A stretch of 59,947 nt of DNA from Longimicrobiales bacterium (lineage in GTDB: Bacteria > Gemmatimonadota > Gemmatimonadetes > Longimicrobiales > Gaopeijiaceae), in assembly GCA_965197725.1 (NCBI GenBank), contig CBDANQ010000021.1:1-59947 (forward strand), given 5' to 3'. Position numbers and translations under genes: made by a program. The notes below the pieces were generated by a model. The model was not told the DNA's origin and searched no databases. It saw only the letters and a list, made by a program, of their open reading frames with translations. Of this stretch, positions 30,268 to 39,759 are shown piece by piece. Numbering within the stretch: the first letter of the stretch is position 1; each line of letters starts with the position of its first letter.

Positions 30268-31734
30268 CTAGCAGTCCGTGGAAGAAATAGGTTCCCAGCG
30301 GATGATGGGTGGGAGAGAAGGCAGACACGCGGGGGCTGTGTTGTTGTGCAAGAAGCGGGTTTTGGGGTCTGACGAGGCGATATTCGGCCCAAGGAAGGCG
30401 AAATAGCGCCGAATACGGCGGAAAAAGCGCGAGACGCGGGTTGTAACCTGAGTTGCGAGCGCAGCTTGTACGGTAGCGAGGCCCTGTAACGCACGGGGGG
30501 TTCCAACCCCGAACCGCTTGCGCATGAGAAGGCCGAGGTTGAAGGCCGCCGCGTGGATCAACATCCGTTTTCGAATCTCCTCCTGGCCCCGTATGTGGAC
30601 GCGACGCAGCCCTCCGGTCACAAGCAAGTGCGCAAACCCCCGCTCCACCTTCTCGCCGCGCTGGCGCAGCAGCCGCATCCCCCGGTTGCCGCGGATCCGG
30701 CGGCGGTTGTCGTAGGTCGGCGTCTGCGCGTCCCGGTTGTTCTTCCATTTCCGGCGCCCGCGGTTGGGCTCGCTCACATAGCTGCGCAGCTCCCGCTCCT
30801 TCACGCCCGTCATGGTCTTGTTCGAGTGGTAGCCTTTGTCGGCCACCACTTCCTCGGGCTCTACCTGCACTACTTCCAGCTGCCGCTCTGCCTCGTCCAG
30901 CGTGTTGGGCAGCGACGCCACATCTCCCCCGTCCATCGTCTGCACCGTCACCGCCACAAGCGCACCGGTCTCCATGTCGACCGCCTGCTCCAACTTGTGC
31001 GCCAGGCGCGTCCTGCCGTCCTTCATCTTCGTGATCCGCGCCTCCGGGTCGTGCGGATGCACCCAGTCCTTGTTCGAGCCCTTCTTCGGACGCTTCCGGT
31101 CCAGCGTCGTCAGATCCTTGCGCGTCGGCGTCTCGATCCCCGACGCCCGGGCCACCTGCTGCAGCCATTCATCGTAGCCCAACCCGTCGTCGCGCCGCAC
31201 GATCGTGCGCATCGCCGCATTCGCCTCCAGCGTCGTCGAGTCGACGCCCAGCGTCTTGCCGCTCAGCAACCCCGACCCCTTCAGCAGCTCCAGCACCCGC
31301 CCGAACACCGCCGCGTGCGCTTCCACGCTCAGGCGCTTGCGCGTCTTCGACAGGGTCGAATGCTCCGGCGGGTTCTTCGCCCACCCGTATCCCAGAAACT
31401 CACGCAACGACAACGAGTCCCCACACCGCCAGGCAATGCCCCGCTCCGAGCCGATCCCTTCCAGGTAGCCCACCATCATCATTCGGAAATACACCCCGGG
31501 AGCAATCCCCGGCCGACCCCGATTGTCCGCGTAGCACTCACGGCATGCCTCTTCCGCGAACTCGTCAAACCCGCTTTTCGCCAGAAGCTCGTTCAAGGCC
31601 CAGTAGAACGGGTTGTCCAAGGCCCGAATCTCGCTCGCCACCACGAACATCTCGCCCTGCCGAGCCTCGGGCCGCTTGCCTACCGCCATCGCCGTCCTCG
31701 CTGCAAAAACCCTCGTGTCCTCCTGATTTAACAC
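30268..31734 (-). CDS. IS1182-like DDE transposase
   Basis: GRPGI..Y.EG..SER (DUF772-like), VDSTTLEANA, ADKGY, R...VE..F. Confidence 0.9.
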   Translation of the reverse strand: MLNQEDTRVFAARTAMAVGKRPEARQGEMFVVASEIRALDNPFYWALNELLAKSGFDEFAEEACRECYADNRGRPGIAPGVYFRMMMVGYLEGIGSERGIAWRCGDSLSLREFLGYGWAKNPPEHSTLSKTRKRLSVEAHAAVFGRVLELLKGSGLLSGKTLGVDSTTLEANAAMRTIVRRDDGLGYDEWLQQVARASGIETPTRKDLTTLDRKRPKKGSNKDWVHPHDPEARITKMKDGRTRLAHKLEQAVDMETGALVAVTVQTMDGGDVASLPNTLDEAERQLEVVQVEPEEVVADKGYHSNKTMTGVKERELRSYVSEPNRGRRKWKNNRDAQTPTYDNRRRIRGNRGMRLLRQRGEKVERGFAHLLVTGGLRRVHIRGQEEIRKRMLIHAAAFNLGLLMRKRFGVGTPRALQGLATVQAALATQVTTRVSRFFRRIRRYFAFLGPNIASSDPKTRFLHNNTAPACLPSLPPIIRWEPISSTDC

Positions 31735-31766
31735 AACAGCGATGACCGGACTTTATCCACGGTCTG
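30272..31766 (-). mobile_element. IS1182-like element copy 2 (1495 bp) with CTAG target duplication
   Basis: Imperfect IRs CAGACCGTGGATAA / CAGTCCGTGGAAGA; CTAG at 30268-30271 and 31767-31770. Confidence 0.92.
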
Positions 31767-32071
31767 CTAGGCGGTGAGTCGCTTGAGGCGGGCAAACTCG
31801 TCCTGTTGCATGCAGGCCGCCCACTGGAAGGCTTGGTGACGCACGGGAGGTTCCTCTCGTCTCATTGCCGATTCCGGGCCTGACCAGGACATCGGAGGTG
31901 AACCAGATGCGCAGGCGGTGGCGCGCACGGATCGGGATCGAGAGCAGCCCGTTCTAGAGCTGGAGAAAGGGGAGTGCTGCGAAATCGCTAGGGACACCGG
32001 TTTCGTAGCCGCCGCCGTCGACAAAGGGACCGGATGATGAGGGCCAGTGGCCCTTGCGTCACGATGTATAC

Positions 32072-32512
32072 TCACGCACACGCTTCGGACCGCTCATGAA
32101 CGAGGGCTTCTATGCGTTTCGCCGCCGCGACAGGGTCTTCGTGTTCCCATATCCTCAGCACCACCCAGCCGGCCTTGGACAGAGTCTCCTCGACTCGACG
32201 ATCTCGGGCGATGTTGTCAGCGATCTTGTTGGCCCAGAAGGCCTCGTTGCTCTTCGAACGAGTCGCATGCTCCGGGCAGCCGTGCCAGAAGCAGCCATCG
32301 ACGTACACCGCCACGCGCACCCGAGCGAAGACCAAGTCCGCCCGCGATCGGATGTCGGGGAAGGGTTTGGTGTTCTTGCGATAACGAAGGCCTCGCGCAT
32401 GAGCCGCTCGACGGACTGCGAGCTCGGGTCTAGTATCGTGCTGCCGCACACTGCGCATCCGCCGACGCGTTTCTGGAGAAGGTGGCGAGATCCGATGTTT
32501 GCTGGTAGTCAA
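32072..32512 (-). CDS. vsr: Very short patch repair endonuclease Vsr
   Basis: RMRSV..DTRPE, DGCFWHGCPEH, FWANKI..N..RD, GW.VLRIWEHE. Confidence 0.93.
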   Translation of the reverse strand: MTTSKHRISPPSPETRRRMRSVRQHDTRPELAVRRAAHARGLRYRKNTKPFPDIRSRADLVFARVRVAVYVDGCFWHGCPEHATRSKSNEAFWANKIADNIARDRRVEETLSKAGWVVLRIWEHEDPVAAAKRIEALVHERSEACA

Positions 32513-32551
32513 GGAACGCCCACTATCGAAGAAGGGGGGGTACGGTAAATT

Positions 32552-33865
32552 GTGCGCGTGAAGCTAGACGAACCCACCTCACTACGTCCAACGACCCACG
32601 TGGGCTGCCCGCGCGACGATTCTTCGGTCGGATTGGATGCGGTGGGGCTCTTTGCAGGTATAGGGGCTCTGGACTTGGGGTTCGAGCGCGCTGGACATCG
32701 GACTCTCCTTCTCTGCGAGTTGATGCCGGAGGCTCGAGCCCTGTTGTCTGCCGCCCAGGGCAGCGATTGGGGCGCGTTCGACGGTGCCGACTTAGCCGAA
32801 GACCTGACCGACCACGGCTTCGAGCGCCGATTGCCCGAGCGCTTCGATATCCTCACGGCTGGCTTCCCCTGCCAGGACCTGAGCCAAGCAGGATCGACAA
32901 AGGGGATCGACGGCACTCGCTCGGGTCTGATTTCCCATGTGCTCGACATGATCGGGCGTTGACCGCCCCCAAGACGCCCACGTTGGATCATTCTTGAGAA
33001 CGTTCCGTTCATGCGGCATCTGGAGCGCGGGAAGGCGATGGGGGTCGTGATGTCCAAGCTATCGGGCCTGGGTTACTCATGGGCTTACCGAGAGATCGAT
33101 ACCCTCGCCTTCGGACTCCCTCACAGGAGGAGACGGCTCTTCATTGTCGCCTGCTTGAATGGGCCAGGAGACCCCCGGGTTGTCCGGTTAGAAGGAGACG
33201 CCAATCCCGACCCGAGCTATCGTGGGCCGGGATGGCAGGAAGGACGAGCCTGTGGCTTCTACTGGACCGAAGGGAATCGCGGCCTCGGATGGGCCGATGA
33301 TGCGATTCCGACCCTAAAGGGCGGTTCGGGCCTTGGGATCCCGTCGCCACCAGCGATCATCCTGCCGCCCGAAGGTGCACTCATTCTCCCGACTATCCGA
33401 GATGCCGAGCGTCTACAGGGGCTACCTCGGGGGTGGACTGAAGCAGCAGCAACAGCTGGGCCCAGAGCAGGTCGTATTCGCTGGCAGCTCGTTGGGAATG
33501 CGGTGTCGATTCCAGCGGCAGAGTGGATAGGCACACGGGTACGCGATGCAAATGGACTCAGGTGTGACCGGGACGATGAGGTGCTCTCTCCCGATTCGAA
33601 GTGGCCGTCCGCAGCTTGGCAGATGGATCCAGAGGGCCATCGTTTCGTCGCGAGGGTCGGGCCGTGGCCTTGTCGCCAAACGAGAATCCCACTCTTCGAC
33701 TTGATCCGGGAAGAGGAGGGTGATCGACGCCAGTTATCCGCAAAGGCCACTGCCGGCTTTCTCACCCGCTTCTCTGCCAGCACTCTCCTGACTCGTGACC
33801 CGAGGCATCGGTCAGCGTTGATATGCGCCCTCCGCAGGCATCGAGATGTTCTCGCCGCCGGGTAG
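32552..33865 (+). pseudogene. dcm: DNA (cytosine-5) methyltransferase with in-frame TGA at 32960-32962
   Basis: LFAGIG (I), GFPCQDLS (IV), ENV (VI), HRRRR (VIII), ERLQG (IX), GNAV (X); both ORF halves are in the same frame; start uncertain. Confidence 0.9.
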
Positions 33866-35328
33866 CGACTACTGGTCATCTTTCGAGAGTGACCTGTTTC
33901 GGCGCTTGACCGACATTGAGCTCACGAGTCGAAGTTCAAACAAGTTCGAACCCCTCGTGGCATGGTTGGCCAACCAGTGGGGGCTGGAGACAGGTTCGGT
34001 AGCCTGCAAATACGTTCAACACCCGAAGAACCGATGGAACAGACTCAGAGAAGCTCTTCGACGTAATCCCGCCGCGATCCTGCTTCTCTTCGAGGGAGAA
34101 GACGACGGTGTGATTGAGGAACGAGTGTCTCAAGGGGCGGTTCTCTCGCCAAGTCTTGCGCTGGTGGTCGTGTTGGTTCGACCACTAAACCGCGAGTGGC
34201 GCTTCTGCCGAATTCTCTATCGCCATTTCGCTTCGCTTCCGCACGTACTGAGAAGTTGTGCTGGACTCCGGACCACCCAATTCTCGGTACCCCAGCGCAC
34301 CACTCCCCGTGGCGCTCCACGGCCGACTCCCGATCCCTCGGTTGATCTCGAGGAGGCTCTGAGAGGACTAGCGCTCATCGCGCATGAGCCGAAGAGCAAG
34401 CAACGCTCGGACATCGCAGACTCGATAGCCGCCTTCACGGGCCTGCAGCCCGACTCGATCGGGTTCAAGACCATCCCCTCAACCAAGAACCTCGGCAACC
34501 GGCTGGGCGAGGCACTCGGCCTAAGCTCCCAGCATCCTCGTGGTCGTCTGTCCAGAGTTGCTCGAAGACCGAGTGGTCGAGGAAATCGATCGCTGGCCGG
34601 TAGCTGCGAGAGTGCCGCTGATCATGGTCCTCCAGGGAGAGCGGATTGGGGTTCGCTTACACGGACAGCACGAGACCCTCGCCCGTCTGCTGGGCAGCGC
34701 AGCACACACTGGTTCCGTAGAGGACCCCACTCCTGCGGTTGAGCCGGCCGTATTGGTTGACGAGGCAGCTCCGGATCCGGTTGTCCCGCCTGTCACTCGG
34801 GGTGCGTGGTCGTACGTGGATTGGAACGAGCGGCTAGTAGATTACACTCTGGGGGAGCATGACGGGAACTCCGGCCCCGTAGAACGCATTGCAGCTACTC
34901 CCGAGGAGCTCGCACTCGTAGCCGGGGTCAATGCCGACGATGCCAACGCAGTCGCCCTGACCTTCGCGGACGCTTGCAAGGCCGCGCTGTCCTCCCGTGT
35001 CTCCCTTTGTGGTTTCTGTCAGGATCGATCCGGGCGTCTCCTGGCCGCCAATCGCAATTGGACGCCGCAGGCAACCGACGCACCGCCATTCTTCGCGATG
35101 CTATGGTTCACGTGCCTGGTCGCGTACGGCTATCCAGACGCCGAGGGGGGACTGCACAATCGGTTAAGGCGGTTGCTGGGAAGCACAAGTTTTCCACATT
35201 GCTTGCCTTCTGTCTGGGCGGAGGCACGCGCGTGGACACGTGTTCGACGTGCAGCCGACGACCCGATTAGAGAGCTAGGGGCAAGCGCCGTACCACTCCG
35301 ACCGGCTCTCCAAACGACGTCCTCATAG
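33846..35328 (+). pseudogene. Unknown protein coupled to the methyltransferase; frameshift near 34523, probably 3'-truncated
   Basis: ORFs 33846-34742 and 34540-35328 join by +1 shift (GEALG / APSILVVVC); overlaps the dcm stop; ends 40 bp before an IS. Confidence 0.6.
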
Positions 35329-35367
35329 GTCCGTATCCGGCGGTGCACAAAGGACTTAGGGGTCTAA

Positions 35368-36862
35368 CAGACCGTGGATAAAGTCCGGTCATCGCTGTTG
35401 TGTTAAATCAGGAGGACACGAGGGTTTTTGCAGCGAGGACGGCGATGGCGGTAGGCAAGCGGCCCGAGGCTCGGCAGGGCGAGATGTTCGTGGTGGCGAG
35501 CGAGATTCGGGCCTTGGACAACCCGTTCTACTGGGCCTTGAACGAGCTTCTGGCGAAAAGCGGGTTTGACGAGTTCGCGGAAGAGGCATGCCGTGAGTTC
35601 TACGCGGACAATCGGGGTCGGCCGGGGATTGCTCCCGGGGTGTATTTCCGAATGATGATGGTGGGCTACCTGGAAGGGATCGGCTCGGAGCGGGGCATTG
35701 CCTGGCGGTGTGGGGACTCGTTGTCGTTGCGTGAGTTTCTGGGATACGGGTGGGCGAAGAACCCGCCGGAGCATTCGACCCTGTCGAAGACGCGCAAGCG
35801 CCTGAGCGTGGAAGCGCACGCGGCGGTGTTCGGGCGGGTGCTGGAGCTGCTGAAGGGGTCGGGGTTGCTGAGCGGCAAGACGCTGGGCGTCGACTCGACG
35901 ACGCTGGAGGCGAATGCGGCGATGCGCACGATCGTGCGGCGCGACGACGGGTTGGGCTACGATGAATGGCTGCAGCAGGTGGCCCGGGCGTCGGGGATCG
36001 AGACGCCGACGCGCAAGGATCTGACGACGCTGGACCGGAAGCGTCCGAAGAAGGGCTCGAACAAGGACTGGGTGCATCCGCACGACCCGGAGGCGCGGAT
36101 CACGAAGATGAAGGACGGCAGGACGCGCCTGGCGCACAAGTTGGAGCAGGCGGTCGACATGGAGACCGGTGCGCTTGTGGCGGTGACGGTGCAGACGATG
36201 GACGGGGGAGATGTGGCGTCGCTGCCCAACACGCTGGACGAGGCAGAGCGGCAGCTGGAAGTAGTGCAGGTAGAGCCCGAGGAAGTGGTGGCCGACAAAG
36301 GCTACCACTCGAACAAGACCATGACGGGCGTGAAGGAGCGGGAGCTGCGCAGCTATGTGAGCGAGCCCAACCGCGGGCGCCGGAAATGGAAGAACAACCG
36401 GGACGCGCAGACGCCGACCTACGACAACCGCCGCCGGATCCGCGGCAACCGGGGGATGCGGCTGCTGCGCCAGCGCGGCGAGAAGGTGGAGCGGGGGTTT
36501 GCGCACTTGCTTGTGACCGGAGGGCTGCGTCGCGTCCACATACGGGGCCAGGAGGAGATTCGAAAACGGATGTTGATCCACGCGGCGGCCTTCAACCTCG
36601 GCCTTCTCATGCGCAAGCGGTTCGGGGTTGGAACCCCCCGTGCGTTACAGGGCCTCGCTACCGTACCAGCTGCGCTCGCAACTCAGGTTACAACCCGCGT
36701 CTCGCGCTTTTTCCGCCGTATTCGGCGCTATTTCGCCTTCCTTGGGCCGAATATCGCCTCGTCAGACCCCAAAACCCGCTTCTTGCACAACAACACAGCC
36801 CCCGCGTGTCTGCCTTCTCTCCCACCCATCATCCGCTGGGAACCTATTTCTTCCACGGACTG
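35368..36862 (+). mobile_element. IS1182-like element copy 3 (1495 bp), non-matching flanks CTAA/CTAG
   Basis: Near-identical inverted copy of 30272-31766; transposase differs at two residues (C/F, Q/P). Confidence 0.92.
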
Positions 36863-36866
36863 CTAG
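35400..36866 (+). CDS. IS1182-like DDE transposase
   Basis: Same motifs as 30268-31734. Confidence 0.9.
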   Translation: MLNQEDTRVFAARTAMAVGKRPEARQGEMFVVASEIRALDNPFYWALNELLAKSGFDEFAEEACREFYADNRGRPGIAPGVYFRMMMVGYLEGIGSERGIAWRCGDSLSLREFLGYGWAKNPPEHSTLSKTRKRLSVEAHAAVFGRVLELLKGSGLLSGKTLGVDSTTLEANAAMRTIVRRDDGLGYDEWLQQVARASGIETPTRKDLTTLDRKRPKKGSNKDWVHPHDPEARITKMKDGRTRLAHKLEQAVDMETGALVAVTVQTMDGGDVASLPNTLDEAERQLEVVQVEPEEVVADKGYHSNKTMTGVKERELRSYVSEPNRGRRKWKNNRDAQTPTYDNRRRIRGNRGMRLLRQRGEKVERGFAHLLVTGGLRRVHIRGQEEIRKRMLIHAAAFNLGLLMRKRFGVGTPRALQGLATVPAALATQVTTRVSRFFRRIRRYFAFLGPNIASSDPKTRFLHNNTAPACLPSLPPIIRWEPISSTDC

Positions 36867-36952
36867 GTACGCAGCAGGTTCGGGTTGAGATTCGACCGAA
36901 CGAGACCGCGCGGCTCGACATCGAGTACGAACCCACCCCTTCTCGCCCCTAG
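36863..36952 (+). pseudogene. C-terminal remnant of a gene cut by IS copy 3
   Basis: LGTQQVRVEIRPNETARLDIEYEPTPSRP* resembles the end of a beta-sandwich (carboxypeptidase-regulatory-like) domain; no matching 5' half on the other IS flank. Confidence 0.45.
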
Positions 36953-36979
36953 ACTCAAACGAAAGACCGGAGGTGCGCT

Positions 36980-37717
36980 ATGAAAGGCTCAGCTGCTCTC
37001 ATGCTCCTGGTGACCGTTGCAGCCCTCTTTGGCGAGGCTGCCGAGGGCCAAGAGGCCACGCCGCGGAGGCAGCCGGGGGCTGCCATGACCCTGTACACGC
37101 CCGAACAGCACGATCTCTACGACGGCCGCTGGGTCCTCTCCGCTGGCCGCGTACATCAGGTCGGAGGTCTCCGGGACGCGCCTGGATGGGACCACATCGG
37201 CAACGACGGGGCGGGCGTGCACGCCGTGGGCGGCACGGTCGAGATCGACGTGAATGAGATCGACAACACCGGGCGGTTCGTGGCCCGGCTGGAGGTCCCG
37301 GAGGGAGAGCTCTCCATTGACATGGATCGATTCAACGAATTCAGCCCGTGTCAGGACGGAGGAATCGCCGCCTACATCTTCGAGCACGGCGACTCCGGAT
37401 GCGGTGATACCAACTGGCCCAAGACGCTGCTTTACGTGGCAGGTTGGGGTATGGGTCACGCGACCCTGAACGGGGCGACGCTCCATGAGGACTACCAGAT
37501 ACATTTCATGGTGACGCAGGGCATGCGCGACCGGGAAACCCTCGAGGTGAACTATCCACTTCTGAACAAGAGCTCCGCGGCGGGCGCCGTGAATCCTGCG
37601 GCAATCCAACTCGACTTCTTCATACGCAGCCCGGAGGGAGACGCCAGAAACAACCCCACGCGCGCGGTCTTCGATCATTTCTTCGCCATGGAAGGATGGT
37701 GTCCCGCTGACAGTTGA
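36980..37717 (+). CDS. Exported hypothetical protein; last codons displaced by IS256
   Basis: GGAGG RBS, signal peptide; original end ME-VTWR* lies at 39153-39173. Confidence 0.8.
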   Translation: MKGSAALMLLVTVAALFGEAAEGQEATPRRQPGAAMTLYTPEQHDLYDGRWVLSAGRVHQVGGLRDAPGWDHIGNDGAGVHAVGGTVEIDVNEIDNTGRFVARLEVPEGELSIDMDRFNEFSPCQDGGIAAYIFEHGDSGCGDTNWPKTLLYVAGWGMGHATLNGATLHEDYQIHFMVTQGMRDRETLEVNYPLLNKSSAAGAVNPAAIQLDFFIRSPEGDARNNPTRAVFDHFFAMEGWCPADS

Positions 37718-39151
37718 AGGTGGTGGCGCCGGAGAGTCTCTTGGTTAGCCTGTCTTTCTCATTTCGGCAACCGGTTCATGGTCGTCGAGGTGGGCCCTGA
37801 GCATCCAGAGCTGGTCGTAGCCGATGATCCTCCGGTAGCTCTTCTCGGTTTCCACGAACGAGGCCGCAGCCCAGCGCAAGGCCATCGCTCCGTTCTTCCA
37901 GTTAGTCACCCTGCGGGTCTTCCGTCTTACGCCCGAGTGGGTGCTGTCGATCAGGTTGGTCGAGCCCAGGCACTTCCTCAGCCGCGGTGGGAGGCCGAGC
38001 CGGTTTATGGTGAACATCTCGCTGAGGCCTTCGCGCAGGCTGGCTGCGGCCGAGGGGTGGTCGCGCTCGAGCCATCGGGCGAGCTGCTCGAGCTTCTGCT
38101 CGCCCTGCTTCGCGTCCAGCTTCATCGCCGCCCGGAACGCCGCCTTCACCTGAGGATGCTGATCCTTCGGCAGATGACCCAGCACGTTGCGGAGCTTGTG
38201 GTTGCGGCAGCGCTGGATGGGGTGACGTTGGCCGAACACCTTCTCGATCGCCTTCCTGAGCGCTTTCGAGCCATCGATCACGAACAGCCGCCGCCTGCCC
38301 GGGTCCAGGCCGCGCTCGACCAGATCCTCTAGGAGCGCGCTGGTCACCTCGGCGTTCTCACTCGCTCCTTCCCTCACGCCCAGCACGTGCTTCTTTCCGT
38401 CTGAGTCCACGCCTACCGCAGCAAGCACGTGGTGCGAGCCCATCTGGATCCCGTCCAGGTAGATCACCAGGAGGTCCCACGCATCCAGCCGGCGCTCCAT
38501 CAGCTCCTTCAGCACGCGCTCCGAGGCCTCGACCGTCTCACGGCTCACCGCCGACTTGCTCACCCCGACCGTGTCGGCCATCTCACCGATCACACGGCCG
38601 TACTTCCGCGTGCTCACCCCCGCCATCAGGACCTCGAGCATCCGATCCGCCACGGCGCCCGGTCTCCGCATCGCTGCGTACGCCGGCACCTCGACCTCGC
38701 CACCCTCCCCGGCGCCCCGGCGCCTGAGCCGTGGCCGCTCCACACGCACCTTCCGGTCCAACAGGTAAACCACACCACCCTGCCGGCCATACCACACCGT
38801 GTCGTCTTCCGCTCGTGACCGACCTGCCTGCTTCACGCCTGCCACACCCTCGGCGCTCATCTCCAGCACCGCTTCGATCGTCGCTCGTCCCATCACCTGG
38901 ATGACTTCGTCGATCGCGACCTCCGTCTGCTCCACGAGCTCAAGCATCGGAAGCAGAAACTGCCCCTCCCGCTTCAGGAACTCCCTGATCGCGCGCTTGT
39001 CCGCCCGATCCCTTACCTCGTACGTTCTCTTCATCGTGGTGGCTCCGTGTTGGGGTTTTTGCCTACCCGAGCCTATCGGCCCGGGACCCCCGGAGCCACC
39101 ACTTTTCTTTCTCCCCTATCAGGGACCTTCAACTACGGTTGGGACAGCTTC
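37695..39151 (-). mobile_element. IS256-family element (1457 bp) with 8-bp TSD CATGGAAG
   Basis: IRs GATGGTGTCCC..AGTTGAAGGT / GAAGCTGTCCC..AGTTGAAGGT; TSD at 37687-37694 and 39152-39159. Confidence 0.92.
37745..39034 (-). CDS. IS256-family (Mutator-like) transposase
   Basis: GVSTR, YLDG, DGSKAL, QRCRNHK (CxxH), STNLID. Confidence 0.93.
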   Translation of the reverse strand: MKRTYEVRDRADKRAIREFLKREGQFLLPMLELVEQTEVAIDEVIQVMGRATIEAVLEMSAEGVAGVKQAGRSRAEDDTVWYGRQGGVVYLLDRKVRVERPRLRRRGAGEGGEVEVPAYAAMRRPGAVADRMLEVLMAGVSTRKYGRVIGEMADTVGVSKSAVSRETVEASERVLKELMERRLDAWDLLVIYLDGIQMGSHHVLAAVGVDSDGKKHVLGVREGASENAEVTSALLEDLVERGLDPGRRRLFVIDGSKALRKAIEKVFGQRHPIQRCRNHKLRNVLGHLPKDQHPQVKAAFRAAMKLDAKQGEQKLEQLARWLERDHPSAAASLREGLSEMFTINRLGLPPRLRKCLGSTNLIDSTHSGVRRKTRRVTNWKNGAMALRWAAASFVETEKSYRRIIGYDQLWMLRAHLDDHEPVAEMRKTG

Positions 39152-39320
39152 CATGGAAGTGACGTGGAGGTAGAGCGTCGCTGTCGGTAGCGGGGGCCGG
39201 CGTGGGATCGACGGGGCATCGAAAACGCACTTGGAGCTGTCCCCCATCGGTTCGGGAGTGATCGGGTGCCCCAGATCAAGCTGCGGCGGCAGCAAGCGAG
39301 CAGCGCTTGGCCTTTCAAAC

Positions 39321-39363
39321 AAGCTGGCGAAGGGACTCGAACCCCCAACCTGCTGGTTACAAA
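39321..39363 (-). repeat. att site: 43-bp copy of the tRNA-Thr 3' half
   Basis: Matches 47302-47344 with one mismatch; ends exactly at the anticodon loop. Confidence 0.92.
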
Positions 39364-39759
39364 GAAGACATCGTACCACCCCATTCCGGTGGTTTTCGCC
39401 GGCTCTTGGGCTTTCAGGGCTTGGATTCGGTGATTGGACGCCCAGAATAACCGAATCTCACCGGATTCTGAGATGCAATCTGGATGCAATCGCCGACGGT
39501 CGCGGCTCACCTACAGCGTCATCGGGTGAAGCCACTTCTGCTGCTTGATTTCGACGAAGCGGTCAGCCGCGCTTCCGTGCTCGTGCCCGGTGGAGAATCA
39601 CCGACGTTGAGAAGCATCCGTTCCGCTCGATGGGCTTCGAGCGTGCCACGTGACGAGTGTAACGAATTCCGCCCTTGGCTCACTCACTGGCAACTGGTAG
39701 ACGACCAGTACCGTCGGCGAGCCGGCGGTTGACCATAGATTTGGTGAGGGGTGACTACA

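Noticed and set aside
31752..31760. TTATCCAC(G) as a DnaA box
   Set aside because: Part of the IS terminal repeat present in all copies; single imperfect match
31767..32081. 104-aa ORF between IS copy 2 and vsr
   Set aside because: No motif or RBS and low-complexity composition; cannot be supported
32960..32962. Selenocysteine recoding of the dcm TGA
   Set aside because: Lies in a basic linker, the catalytic Cys is intact elsewhere, and no SECIS-like hairpin is evident
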